Made by a program: the position numbers and the translations under genes
Notes under the pieces: model-generated
Databases searched by the model: none
Told to the model about the DNA's origin: nothing
What the model saw: the letters and a program-made list of their open reading frames with translations, nothing else
NCBI GenBank assembly: GCA_009859145.1
Contig: VRVR01000008.1
Coordinates: 133,494-197,493, forward strand
Direction of reading: 5' to 3'
DNA from: Andalucia godoyi And28
Taxonomy: Eukaryota > Protista > Jakobida
DNA length: 64,000 bases
Shown: positions 8,394-18,502 of the stretch, piece by piece
Layout: each line of letters starts with the position of its first letter
Numbering within the stretch: position 1 is the stretch's first letter

Positions 8394-9752
8394 ATGGATG
8401 GTGCTCCGATTGTGGAGACAATGATACCGAAGCGGTTTGTAGGCAGAAAAGCGAGTTCAGGAAAGCAGGAAGATGCAAGTGCAGGTCCGACGACGTCATC
8501 GTCGGTTGTGTTGTCGGCAGCAAGTGGATCTCGACTGAGGAAAGAACACACGATTCCGAATGAAATTCTAGAGGATGAAGAGTTGAACAAGCATATCGGT
8601 GCGCTTCCTTCGAATTATGGGTTTGAGATTCACAAGACCATTTGGAGAGTACAGACGGCAAAGGCCAAGTGTGTTGCGCTGCAGTTTCCAGAAGGCCTGC
8701 TGATGTTTTCTTGCATTATTGCGGAAATCATTGAGCAGTTTTGTCCGACTGTCGAGTCAACGATCATTCTGGGAGATGTTACGTACGGGGCTTGCTGCGT
8801 GGATGACTATACTGCCAAGTCTCTGGGAGCCGACTTCTTGGTGCACTACGGACACAGCTGCTTGATCCCCGTTGACCAGTGCTCCATGAACATTCTATAT
8901 GTGTTTGTTGATATCTCAATCGACGTGTCTCATTTCGTAAACACGGTCGTGAAGTTGCTCAACAAGGACTGGAAGCTCATGCTCGTCGGCACCATCCAGT
9001 TTGCGGCCGGCCTCCGATCCGCCAAGGAAGCTTTGGAAGCGCACTTTTCACATGTAGAGATTCCGCAAGAAAAGCCACTTTCCCGAGGAGAAATTCTCGG
9101 ATGCACGGCCCCCAGGCTTGAAAAGGGCAAGTTTGATTGCATTGTCTATCTGGCAGACGGTCGATTTCATCTGGAAAGCATAATGATCGCGAATCCGGAC
9201 CTTCCGGCCTTCAAATACGATCCTTATTCGAAAGAACTTACGCAAGAGTACTACGATCACTCGCAAATGCTGTCGATTAGGAGGGATGCCATCAGTAGGG
9301 CTGCGAAAAGTTCAAAATGGGGCCTGATCTTGGGGACTCTGGGCCACCAGGGGTCTCCGAATATTCTCAGTCGGATTGAGGATGAGTTGAACAAGAAGGG
9401 TATTCCATTTGTGGTCGTCCTGCTGTCCGAGATCTTCCCTCACAAATTGGCACTGTTCAAGGACGTTGGTGCCTGGGTGCAGGTCGCATGCCCAAGGTTA
9501 TCCATCGATTGGGGATATGCGTTTGACACGCCACTGCTCTCTCCGTACGAAGCATTCGTTGCGCTGGAAGAGGTGGCGTTCGCGACGCCGTACCCTATGG
9601 ATTTCTATTCTTCAGCTGGGGGGCCGTGGTCTGTCCGCTATGGCTACGATCCTCTTGCGAAGTTCAAGGCTGCACAACCGAAGCTGCAGGTCCAGGCGGA
9701 CACAGACAGTCCGTCCCAGCCTCGTGCTTGCGATTCTGAGAATGCAAAATAG
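8394..9752 (+). CDS. DPH1: Diphthamide biosynthesis protein 1
   Basis: [62 protein letters not shown]. Confidence 0.96.
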   Translation: MDGAPIVETMIPKRFVGRKASSGKQEDASAGPTTSSSVVLSAASGSRLRKEHTIPNEILEDEELNKHIGALPSNYGFEIHKTIWRVQTAKAKCVALQFPEGLLMFSCIIAEIIEQFCPTVESTIILGDVTYGACCVDDYTAKSLGADFLVHYGHSCLIPVDQCSMNILYVFVDISIDVSHFVNTVVKLLNKDWKLMLVGTIQFAAGLRSAKEALEAHFSHVEIPQEKPLSRGEILGCTAPRLEKGKFDCIVYLADGRFHLESIMIANPDLPAFKYDPYSKELTQEYYDHSQMLSIRRDAISRAAKSSKWGLILGTLGHQGSPNILSRIEDELNKKGIPFVVVLLSEIFPHKLALFKDVGAWVQVACPRLSIDWGYAFDTPLLSPYEAFVALEEVAFATPYPMDFYSSAGGPWSVRYGYDPLAKFKAAQPKLQVQADTDSPSQPRACDSENAK

Positions 9753-9862
9753 ACGAGGCTGCTGGCGTTGTTTTTTATTTTTTATTTTCATAATTTTCAT
9801 AATTATTTTTTATTATTTGTATAATTATTATACAAGAATGGTAAACGAACAAAGTAACACAC

Positions 9863-11839
9863 TTACTGGTGCTTGGATGCTGAAGCGGACTCTTTTTGTT
9901 CTCGTTTTCGACTGTCCTTCTCTTTCTTTTGACGCCTCCTGAGCTCCTTATCCGCTCGTTCAGCTTCCAAGGATTGCTTGGTGACGGAACTGGAGGCAAC
10001 ATAAGAGCCCAATGTCTCGGCTGAAATGCCCATATCCTGGGCTTTGGATTGCATTTTTCTGCCGGTTTTTTCCAGTTCCTTCTTGAACAGCTTTCTGCGC
10101 TCTTCTTCCAGAACAGGATTCAGCTTGCGCTTCTTGTTGCGATACATCCCCTCCGTCATATCCTCTTCATCCTCGCGATATGGAGCGATACGCTTCAACG
10201 ACACGTGCTTGTTCAGCTGTCGATCATCGAGATCTAGAATCTCATGCAGATTCATGCCGTACGAGCGCGGAGCAACTTCCCGGTACTTGAAGCGCGTTTT
10301 GAGGCCACCAGCGATGATGTCCTCGTAATCCATCTTGTCCAGTTCGTCAACAAACTTCTTAATAGGGATTTTCGAGTGACGTCCAACCGTCGGACCCTCC
10401 TTCGCGGCAGCAACTCCAATGTCTTCGTCACCAGCGTCCTCTTGCAAACCCGCGCCGACGTCTTCGTTCCAACTGTCTTCTACATCGCCTGCCATCTCTT
10501 CCCCTTCCTCTTGAAGCAGCTCGGCACCCTCATCAGGCTTCCCTTTCTTGGCTGTCTGCGAAGCAAACAGTTTCTTCAACGACGGATCATCTCCACCCTC
10601 CGCATCCAATCCAACGTTCTCAACCACATCTTCGCCTTCCTCAATTGCATAGTACCCATCATCAAACGCTGCTGCCATCTGCTCATCGTACTGGCTAGGA
10701 TCAAAATCTGCTTCAATATCAATCTTGGCAAGGCGATCCATCTCTGCTTTGGAAAATCCTCCAATCTTCTTGATCATCTCCATTCTCTTCTCGATTTCTT
10801 GGCGCTTCATGGATTTTGACCTCTTCAACTCTTCTTGGATCTGGATCTTTTCCTGCTCCTTCCTCTCCAACTTCCTCTTTCGCTCCTCTTTCCTCTTCTC
10901 TTTTCTCGCATCTACTCTCAAAGAGTCTTCGATAACTCTGGGATAAGAAACAATCTGATCGCCCCCATCTTGCTCAAATCGGAAGTTGTACTTGGATTCA
11001 AACTCGTCAGCCTTCTCGTCAAACGCCTCCTCTGCCTCTTCTGCAACAATCTCGTCATACGTGGGCACACGATGCTTGTCTCTGTCTACCCAGCGTTGGT
11101 TGAGAATGTAATCCCTCAAGAACCGCTCGTCCTCGGACAAGTCCTGTCCCGTAAAATACTCGATTGCTTTGGACTTGCCCAATTTCCCCCCGAGCTTGGG
11201 AGCAGCTGCCGCAAGCTTTTCAACATCGATCCCCTGATCCTCATCCTGTTCTTCTTCCTCGTTCTCGTTTTCTTCCCCTCGCTTCGCCGACTTTCGTCTC
11301 GGCTTCAGGAATTGATCATCCTCGGATTCCGTTCCAGCAGCATCCGCGAGCTGCGCCTTTGCGATTTCAAGAAACTCGCGTTTTGCATCTGCCTGTTCCT
11401 CAACGTACGTTCGCTGACTATTCTTCTTCATATCCAGTTTGGAGTCGTCAACAATGGAGCCGTCGTCGACACGCCCTGCCAGCAACTCCTTGCGGAGATA
11501 GTCCTTCAAAAACATCGATTTTCCCTTCTTGCTACTCTTCGAACCGTTCTCACCCACTCCCGATGCTGAGACGTCATGCTGCTGCTGCTGCTGCTGCTGC
11601 TTCTTGCTGAAGAACACTTTGCTTGAATCATAGATTTCCGGATCTTTGGAACGAATCTTCTGCAGTGTCTCCAGCACTGTAGCTTCAATGTCCGGAGTCA
11701 ACAATTCGGCGTCACTGTCCTCAGACTCGGAGGTATCAGAAGTTTCTGAATCATCCTCAGATTGCGCTGCAACCTCGTCCACCCGTCTCCTGTCCTGGAA
11801 TTGCCGATCCAAGCTCTTCTTCTCGCCACCCTTCTGCAT
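9863..11839 (-). CDS. KRI1: KRI1 (40S biogenesis, KRR1 partner)
   Basis: LQKIRSKDPEIYD, FLRDYILN..W, FESKYNFRFEQ, YPRVIEDSLR, RFKYREV...SYG.. ILDLDD.QLN..VSLK..APYR. Confidence 0.93.
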   Translation of the reverse strand: MQKGGEKKSLDRQFQDRRRVDEVAAQSEDDSETSDTSESEDSDAELLTPDIEATVLETLQKIRSKDPEIYDSSKVFFSKKQQQQQQQHDVSASGVGENGSKSSKKGKSMFLKDYLRKELLAGRVDDGSIVDDSKLDMKKNSQRTYVEEQADAKREFLEIAKAQLADAAGTESEDDQFLKPRRKSAKRGEENENEEEEQDEDQGIDVEKLAAAAPKLGGKLGKSKAIEYFTGQDLSEDERFLRDYILNQRWVDRDKHRVPTYDEIVAEEAEEAFDEKADEFESKYNFRFEQDGGDQIVSYPRVIEDSLRVDARKEKRKEERKRKLERKEQEKIQIQEELKRSKSMKRQEIEKRMEMIKKIGGFSKAEMDRLAKIDIEADFDPSQYDEQMAAAFDDGYYAIEEGEDVVENVGLDAEGGDDPSLKKLFASQTAKKGKPDEGAELLQEEGEEMAGDVEDSWNEDVGAGLQEDAGDEDIGVAAAKEGPTVGRHSKIPIKKFVDELDKMDYEDIIAGGLKTRFKYREVAPRSYGMNLHEILDLDDRQLNKHVSLKRIAPYREDEEDMTEGMYRNKKRKLNPVLEEERRKLFKKELEKTGRKMQSKAQDMGISAETLGSYVASSSVTKQSLEAERADKELRRRQKKEKDSRKREQKESASASKHQ

Positions 11840-12398
11840 ACCTTCGGAAAACACGGTCGTTCGTCAAAAAACTCGTCACGAAGAGCGAAACACGCACAAC
11901 AAAACCTTCCTTTCTTTTGATCATTCGAGCCGTCTTGCGCATTGTCTACGGCAGATGAGGCTCTATGAAATGCGGAGTTTTGCTGGGCGGCAGTTGCTTC
12001 TCTGTGCACAGGAGGGTCGCGGCGGGTGCGTCCACAAGACGATTTTTCAACGAGAAGGACAGATGCAGCGAACAAGGCACTGCGGAGGTATCGCGTTCTA
12101 ATTTTTTTAATGTATCATTTAAAAACCATGACAAGACGGAAACCGAAAAACAGATTCCAGAAAGCAACCGTCCAGACGTCAATCTAGCACGAACAAATCA
12201 TCACACCACAAACAGAAAAAGACAGAGTGAGGGAGAAACCGCAACACAGAACATAGAAAATGATCGTCATTTCTCGGCAAATTTCAAGGAGAAACGCGAC
12301 GTAAAATGTGGTATGCACCAGCAGTGCAGAAGCGCCTGATAAGGGAGCAACGCATAGAATAGAGGAAACAGATTTCGGAGGGGGGAAAGGAAAATCCG

Positions 12399-13719
12399 TT
12401 ACATAGATCGCTTGTTGGTTTTGCTGACCTTTTGCGATAGCAGATCGTCGAGCAAATGGCAGGACCGCAGTGCAGTGGGCGTTTCAAACATGTGCCGAAT
12501 CTCCGCTATCTCCGATATGTCAGGATGGGAGGTCATGTAGTTCATCATACGCTCGTTCACAATCCGTCGCTGTCCCTCGCATTCCTTCTCCAAACTACGA
12601 TACTTTTCATGCACCAATCGTTCCACATCAGTACGGTACCAAGAATCATAATTTGGATCGGATACGAAGAAGACTAGCCCATCCTCAAGGTGTTTTTGGA
12701 AGTTACAAGCCTTGGTTTTTGCCAAACACACTTCAGGAGGCAGTGAAGACCTACTGGAATAAGATGCCGAATTCAACACGATCAAAAGAATGAAAAGCAG
12801 GAACGGCAACACATTATACAGCATAAATCCTCCTGGTTGTGATTGCTGCTCCTGCTGTTGCTGCTGTTGCCGTTGATGTGCATACTGAGCTTGTGTTCGT
12901 GCATACTCTTGAGAGTGGCGAGCACCCGGATGCGTTCTTCTTAAACGCGGTCCGGTCATAAATCCAAACGCTCTCAGCACTTCTTCCACCGCGTCGTCAT
13001 TGTTAAATACGGTTTCGGCCCGACGATAGCCATACTGAGACTCACGACCGCTGTACGACTGAGCAGCCTGCGGATCGTCATTCCCATACATGTCATATCT
13101 GCGTCGCTTGTCCGAATCCGTGAGCGTCTCCAACGCCCTCTGCACCCGCTTGAACGCTTCATCTGTGTTTTTCGCTCTGCAGCGATCAGGATGGACTTTG
13201 AGAGCAAGCTTCTTGTACGACTTGCGGATCGCAACCTCATCGGCATTCTTGTCCACTCCCAGAACTTCGTAGTGTGTCTTGCAATTCAAAATGAACGAAA
13301 TTGTCTGTTTTTCTTCGGGTGAACCTTCCTCTGGCTCTGCTGCTGTTGGGGTAGCTGGTTCGGAGCCTGAAAGCGAATCCGACGATGAAGAGCTCATCGA
13401 CGCCATTCCATGATGATGCGCCTTTGCATTCAGAGATTGAATGAATGCATCCACAGGCAATGACAAAGCGCCGTTCAAAGCTTTCGCCTTTTTTGCGAAT
13501 CGAATCGCAGCGACAATATCACCCTCAGACTAGACACGGATCCATCGTAAAATCACCATACAGAGGAATTCCAATAGCAACAACAAACATGAGCAAGAAT
13601 ACAAATACAAATATAAATGGATTAGGTGCGATTGCAAGTACAAAACCACAACATACACGTCTCTGACGCGCCTTTTCCAGGAACTGCTCGGCGGCGTCTG
13701 CGTTCGTGGCAAGATTCAT
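12399..13719 (-). CDS. DNAJB12: DnaJ subfamily B12/14-like ER membrane co-chaperone; exons 13719-13657 and 13529-12399
   Basis: J domain with HPD and a TM helix. A 127-nt GTATGT..TAG intron joins MNLATNADAAEQFLEKARQRR to SEGDIVAAIRFAKKAKAL in frame, recreating the typical B12 N-terminus. Confidence 0.8.
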
Positions 13720-14443
13720 TCTTCTTCCAAGTTCCCACTCCAAGAAGGGAAAAGGAAAAAGGAAAAAAAAGACCAGCAAACAATCAAAATAACAACTCTC
13801 TCTTCGCTTCGGTCTTGGGAAAAGAAACTCCAAGAAAGACCAGTTTAATATTTCTTAATTTAAATTTTAAAAAATTAAAAAATAAAAGGATTGAAAAACA
13901 AAAACAAAACAAAAAACCAAAACGAAAGCTGAAAGAAAACGTGGAAACAAGGCAAGATGCACATTCATAGCAAAATAATATAATTAAAAAATGCTCGGAA
14001 TATTGCAGACTTTTTGTCATCAAATCAACAGAAGAAAGAATGACGAAAGAATAGAGGGGAAAAAATCAAACACAAAAAACCAAACAAGGAGTGAATATCC
14101 CGAAGTCTCAATGGATGCTACGGGTGCTTGAATGCTCTTGCACTCTGCTGCATTTCCACTAGGTCTACATAGGAGAAATGGGATACATACACGTGGGCTC
14201 CCCTTTCGTCTTTCGTGTTTTTAAATTTCATTTCATTAATGTTAAATTCCAAGACCCGAGATTTGTCTTCTGTTCTACACTGTATAAATCTATACTTCTC
14301 CACACTACACGTTTGTGTCTGTTGTTGATTTTGTGTTGCGGTATCGATTTATTATTTTAAAAAAACAAAGTCAAAAAGCAAAATCAAAAAGAAAAAAGAA
14401 AAAAAGAAAAAAGAAGGGGGGAAAAGAAGAGGGGAAAAATAAT

Positions 14444-17400
14444 ATGTTGGATGAAAGCCGCCGAGTCCTGATCCTGGCAGAGCTCGACACGCTCTTGTTT
14501 TCAGTTCGGAGTTCTCCAAAGTACAATATTTCCAGAATTCGCAGGTCGTTTGTGTCTGGTCCGTCCTCCGATGAACACGAGCCTTCGATGCGGACGCTTC
14601 TCGCAATCGAGTCATCGGTGCGAGTGGTGCAGAATCTGTGCAGCGTGTCTCCGTATCTGTCCTCCGAGTCAGATCTGTCGTGCCAGCAGGTCTTGCATCC
14701 CTTTCTCGAAACCATACTGAGCGAAGATACGTCTGCGTTCTTGACGTCAGTCGCCATGTCTTGTCTGTACAAGTTGATTTGTAACAATATCATCACGACT
14801 GCCGATCCGCAGAATGTGTATGCTGACGTTATCACGGCGCTGGATCGATGCAAATTCGAGTCTTCGGATTCTACATTGGACGAAATTGTCTTTATGAAGG
14901 CGTTGCAGGTCCTCTCCGCTCTCGCTCGATCAGATGCATTTTGCATTATGAGCGCAAAGGCTATCCATAACATTGTTCATATATCGTATCGCATCTGCAG
15001 GCATCAGAAATGCACAGATCTGCTGCGAAGAATGGCGGAACACACTCTTGCAGATGTGCTCATTGTTTTGTTTTCAAAACTGAGGAAGCCGGAATCATTC
15101 AGCGAAGATCTGTTGTCGGGCCTGGAAATGATTTTCGAATATCTACTCGAACTCTCCGACTCGGTGCTGGGACTCTCTTTCTTGGTCACTGCATTGGAGG
15201 CTTGTGGTCGTTCGTTGGTGTCAGCCCCACGGCTGATGGCATTTGTTCAGGACAAGGTATGCGCAGCTCTTCTGCGCAATCTTTTCGCTACATCGTCCAG
15301 CCTCATTTCACACACCTTCCGCTGCCTGCATATCCTTATCGTGTTGTTTTTCAAGGAGCTGAAAGGCCAAGTAGAGTGTCTCTTGGTGGATGGTCCGCTG
15401 AGAATATTCTCGCAAAGTGACTCGCTTGTCAAGGACATGATATTGGACATCTTTCAGCATATTTGTCTGAACGAAGACTTTCTAGAATATGTGTTCTGCA
15501 CCTATGATTGCAGTCTATGTCATACAAACTTGTTTGACGAAATTTGCAGGTTCTTGTCAAAACACTGTTTCCCCTCAAATGATTTGCTTCCTCATCAGAA
15601 CATTACGTGTTTTGAGTGCCTGGCAAGCATTTTGAGAAACATTCAACGAACACTCGAATCCGTGGAGCATTCTCCCAGTGAGACGGTTAATCTGTCGGTT
15701 GTCAAGAAGCAAAAGCACAAGCTGCTTTCTCTGATTGATGCGTTCAATAGATCGTCCAAGAAGGGCCTTCTTGCGTTGAAGGAAGCAGAAGTTATTCCGT
15801 CTCAAGAGGATGATCAACAAGCCGTAGAGACGGCCTTGTTCATTCGGGCGTTTTCCGCACTGGGTCTGGATCCTGCTGTTGTTGGGGACTTTCTCGGGGA
15901 TCCTGATTTGCAATCGCTGAACACTCTGAAGGCATACACCCGACTTTTTGATTTCACATCAATGCGAATTGAGGAAGCTCTCCGCTGGTTTTTGACATTT
16001 TTTCGACTGCCTGGCGAGGCTCAGAAGATCGACAGAATCATGTCCGAGTTTTCTCAGCACTATTTTGAGCAGAATAAGGATCAGCCCTTTCTTGTCGTGT
16101 CTCCATCTTCATCCAAGGAAGCGTCGTTCTCGTTCCTGTCTTCAGACTGTGCATACGTTCTGTCGTTCTCTATCATTATGCTCAACACCGATCTTCATAA
16201 TCCGCAAGTGAAGAATAAGATGTCTCTCGAAGGTTTTGTCAAGAACAACCGAGGAATCAACGAATCACAGGATCTCCCATTCGAGTTTTTGGAATCAATT
16301 TATGTGAACATTCGCGACAATGAAATCCAATTGTCACAAGCGCTGCACATGGTCTTTTCCTCTCCCTTTCGGTGGAAGGAAATCATCTCGGACGAACGTC
16401 AGGTGTTTCTCAGTCGCATGGGGTTTATGCGTGGACTTGGCCAACTCTCTTCCTTCGATGGCGTCTTGTCCTTGCCGAAAGCAGTTATCGCGAAGGAGAT
16501 GTATTTATCATTATGGGGACCTTCCATGGCAGCATACTCTGTGCTGTTTGACAACACTTCCACGCCTGCCTTGTTGCAAAAAGTTTCAATGGCGTTTGTC
16601 TCGAGCGCACAAGTGGCTAGCATGTGCGGATTGACAGAAATCGTAGACAAGTATGTTGCAGGACTGAGCAAGTTTACGAGTATTCTCTCACCGATCAATG
16701 TCAGTCAATCCGTGTCATTGTACGGCCAGTCGGAGAGATCGCTTTGCGCGACATCGACCGTTTTTGCGGTAGCAAAGCGCTGTGGGGACAGTATGAGAGA
16801 GGGTTGGAAAAACGTTGTTGATTTAATCATTCGGATGTGTTCATGCGGCGTGCTGGCAGGAGACAGTCTATTGGGCGATGAAGTGTCTGCGGAGGATTGG
16901 GAGCGAATTTACAAGTATTCTGCCGATTTTCATCGCAGACAGACAAAGTCTTCAAATTTCAATTTTCTTTCCTCGATTTTTAGTTCTGCGGAGGATGAAT
17001 ACAGGATGCAGGCAGATTTTGAGACTCGTGCGAAGAATATCATCAATGATTGTGGAATCGGGGATCTGTTATTTTCTGAATCTCGAATTTTTGGCTCGGA
17101 ATCGCTTCTCTACCTCCTTCGTGCAGTTATTTTGAGTTCCACAAGCGGAGATACGTACGGAAGGAACTCTGACGTCAGTGGGGAGCCCGCTACTGGTTTC
17201 ACAGGTCCCTCTGGGGAGATTCTTGCAGAGATCTCGTCTACGCATGGTTCGTTCTCCCGGCTTCTGTGTCTTGAAGTGCTGCTGAAATTATCGTTGGTGA
17301 ACCGAGATCGAATTTCCGTTACCTGGTCTTATGTTTCGGAGTTCTTGTCTGTTATTCTGAAAAATGCGGGAAGATTGGCAGCTTCGGGGTCCTCTCTGCT

Positions 17401-18502
17401 TCTTGAGCGGGGGGCTCTTGGGCTGATCCGGGCATCGACACGGTTGATGCATCGAGAGAATATGCGATCTTTCCTATCCCAATCTCTTACGGAGTTGCTG
17501 AATCTTCCAGAAGCAGGATTGCCCTTCTCTGTCTATCTGTCCTTGGCGAAGAGTTCGAGTGCGTTTGTGTTGGAAGCTGGAAAGTATGTCGTAGATGCGG
17601 GGACATGGAGATGTCTTCTCTCCTTCTTTGTCAAGCTGATCGATGCTTTGAAGTCTTTCGATTCTAGGAAACGAAATCTCGAGGAAGTAACGAATTTGAT
17701 TAGCGGTGCGATAGGGACTGTGATTCGTGAGCACTACTGGGTGTTCCCGCACAATGTCGTGGATCTGTGTGGAGTGCTAGAGCACCTCGCCGAGTCTGAT
17801 ACTGTAGAAGAATCGCTTCGCATTCCCGCTGCCGAAAGTTGTCTTGGATTGTACATAATCTTGGTGAATTCTCATGTGGATGTCGATCCTTCTGTTCTTG
17901 TCCTCCCGCTGGAGACGCTCTTCAAGTTTGCCGTTATGGACACCGCAAAGGACGCTATTCAGCATTCTGGACTTGTCTTTCTTCAGAGAGCCCTGCTGGC
18001 TCCGGAAGCAGCAGTTCTCTCTCCGAACACGTGGTTTTGTTTGTTTGATCGACTTGTTTTTCCTCTGCTGGAGAAGTACAGATCCGACGTCGATGATCAT
18101 CAGCTCCGCGCCTTCAGCATTTCCGCAAAATGCGTTCTCCACTCACTCTCGAAGTTGTCTTCATCTACTGAATGGGAGCAATTCTGGCACAGGTTTCTTT
18201 CCGTGTTTGCGACTCGCGCCGACTCCGTCGCAAAGCGATGTGATTTACTAGTGGATGCGTTACCGGAGTTGATGAAGAACCTGGTCCTTGTGCTGCGGTC
18301 CTCTGGCGTTTTAGAAGGAAACCTGTCGAAGTACACGCGAAAGGTTTTGGAGTCGTCGGTGTATTTGAAAATACTGCTGCCAGAGCTGTTCCCAGAATCC
18401 GTTTCTGTTGTCCCTGAAACCGAAGTGGAAAAATCGTCGTCGTCATCGCCGGAGGACTCAGCTGCTGCTGCTATGGATGTTATCGAGTCTGTGTCAGGCT
18501 AG
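14444..18502 (+). CDS. GBF1: Large ARF guanine exchange factor, GBF1/GNOM class (Sec7 domain)
   Basis: FRLPGEAQKIDRIMSEF and YVLSFSIIMLNTDLHNPQVKNKM Sec7 motifs; DCB/HUS (TYDCSL..NLF) upstream and HDS domains downstream (REGWKNV). First ATG at 14444. Confidence 0.9.
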   Translation: MLDESRRVLILAELDTLLFSVRSSPKYNISRIRRSFVSGPSSDEHEPSMRTLLAIESSVRVVQNLCSVSPYLSSESDLSCQQVLHPFLETILSEDTSAFLTSVAMSCLYKLICNNIITTADPQNVYADVITALDRCKFESSDSTLDEIVFMKALQVLSALARSDAFCIMSAKAIHNIVHISYRICRHQKCTDLLRRMAEHTLADVLIVLFSKLRKPESFSEDLLSGLEMIFEYLLELSDSVLGLSFLVTALEACGRSLVSAPRLMAFVQDKVCAALLRNLFATSSSLISHTFRCLHILIVLFFKELKGQVECLLVDGPLRIFSQSDSLVKDMILDIFQHICLNEDFLEYVFCTYDCSLCHTNLFDEICRFLSKHCFPSNDLLPHQNITCFECLASILRNIQRTLESVEHSPSETVNLSVVKKQKHKLLSLIDAFNRSSKKGLLALKEAEVIPSQEDDQQAVETALFIRAFSALGLDPAVVGDFLGDPDLQSLNTLKAYTRLFDFTSMRIEEALRWFLTFFRLPGEAQKIDRIMSEFSQHYFEQNKDQPFLVVSPSSSKEASFSFLSSDCAYVLSFSIIMLNTDLHNPQVKNKMSLEGFVKNNRGINESQDLPFEFLESIYVNIRDNEIQLSQALHMVFSSPFRWKEIISDERQVFLSRMGFMRGLGQLSSFDGVLSLPKAVIAKEMYLSLWGPSMAAYSVLFDNTSTPALLQKVSMAFVSSAQVASMCGLTEIVDKYVAGLSKFTSILSPINVSQSVSLYGQSERSLCATSTVFAVAKRCGDSMREGWKNVVDLIIRMCSCGVLAGDSLLGDEVSAEDWERIYKYSADFHRRQTKSSNFNFLSSIFSSAEDEYRMQADFETRAKNIINDCGIGDLLFSESRIFGSESLLYLLRAVILSSTSGDTYGRNSDVSGEPATGFTGPSGEILAEISSTHGSFSRLLCLEVLLKLSLVNRDRISVTWSYVSEFLSVILKNAGRLAASGSSLLLERGALGLIRASTRLMHRENMRSFLSQSLTELLNLPEAGLPFSVYLSLAKSSSAFVLEAGKYVVDAGTWRCLLSFFVKLIDALKSFDSRKRNLEEVTNLISGAIGTVIREHYWVFPHNVVDLCGVLEHLAESDTVEESLRIPAAESCLGLYIILVNSHVDVDPSVLVLPLETLFKFAVMDTAKDAIQHSGLVFLQRALLAPEAAVLSPNTWFCLFDRLVFPLLEKYRSDVDDHQLRAFSISAKCVLHSLSKLSSSTEWEQFWHRFLSVFATRADSVAKRCDLLVDALPELMKNLVLVLRSSGVLEGNLSKYTRKVLESSVYLKILLPELFPESVSVVPETEVEKSSSSSPEDSAAAAMDVIESVSG

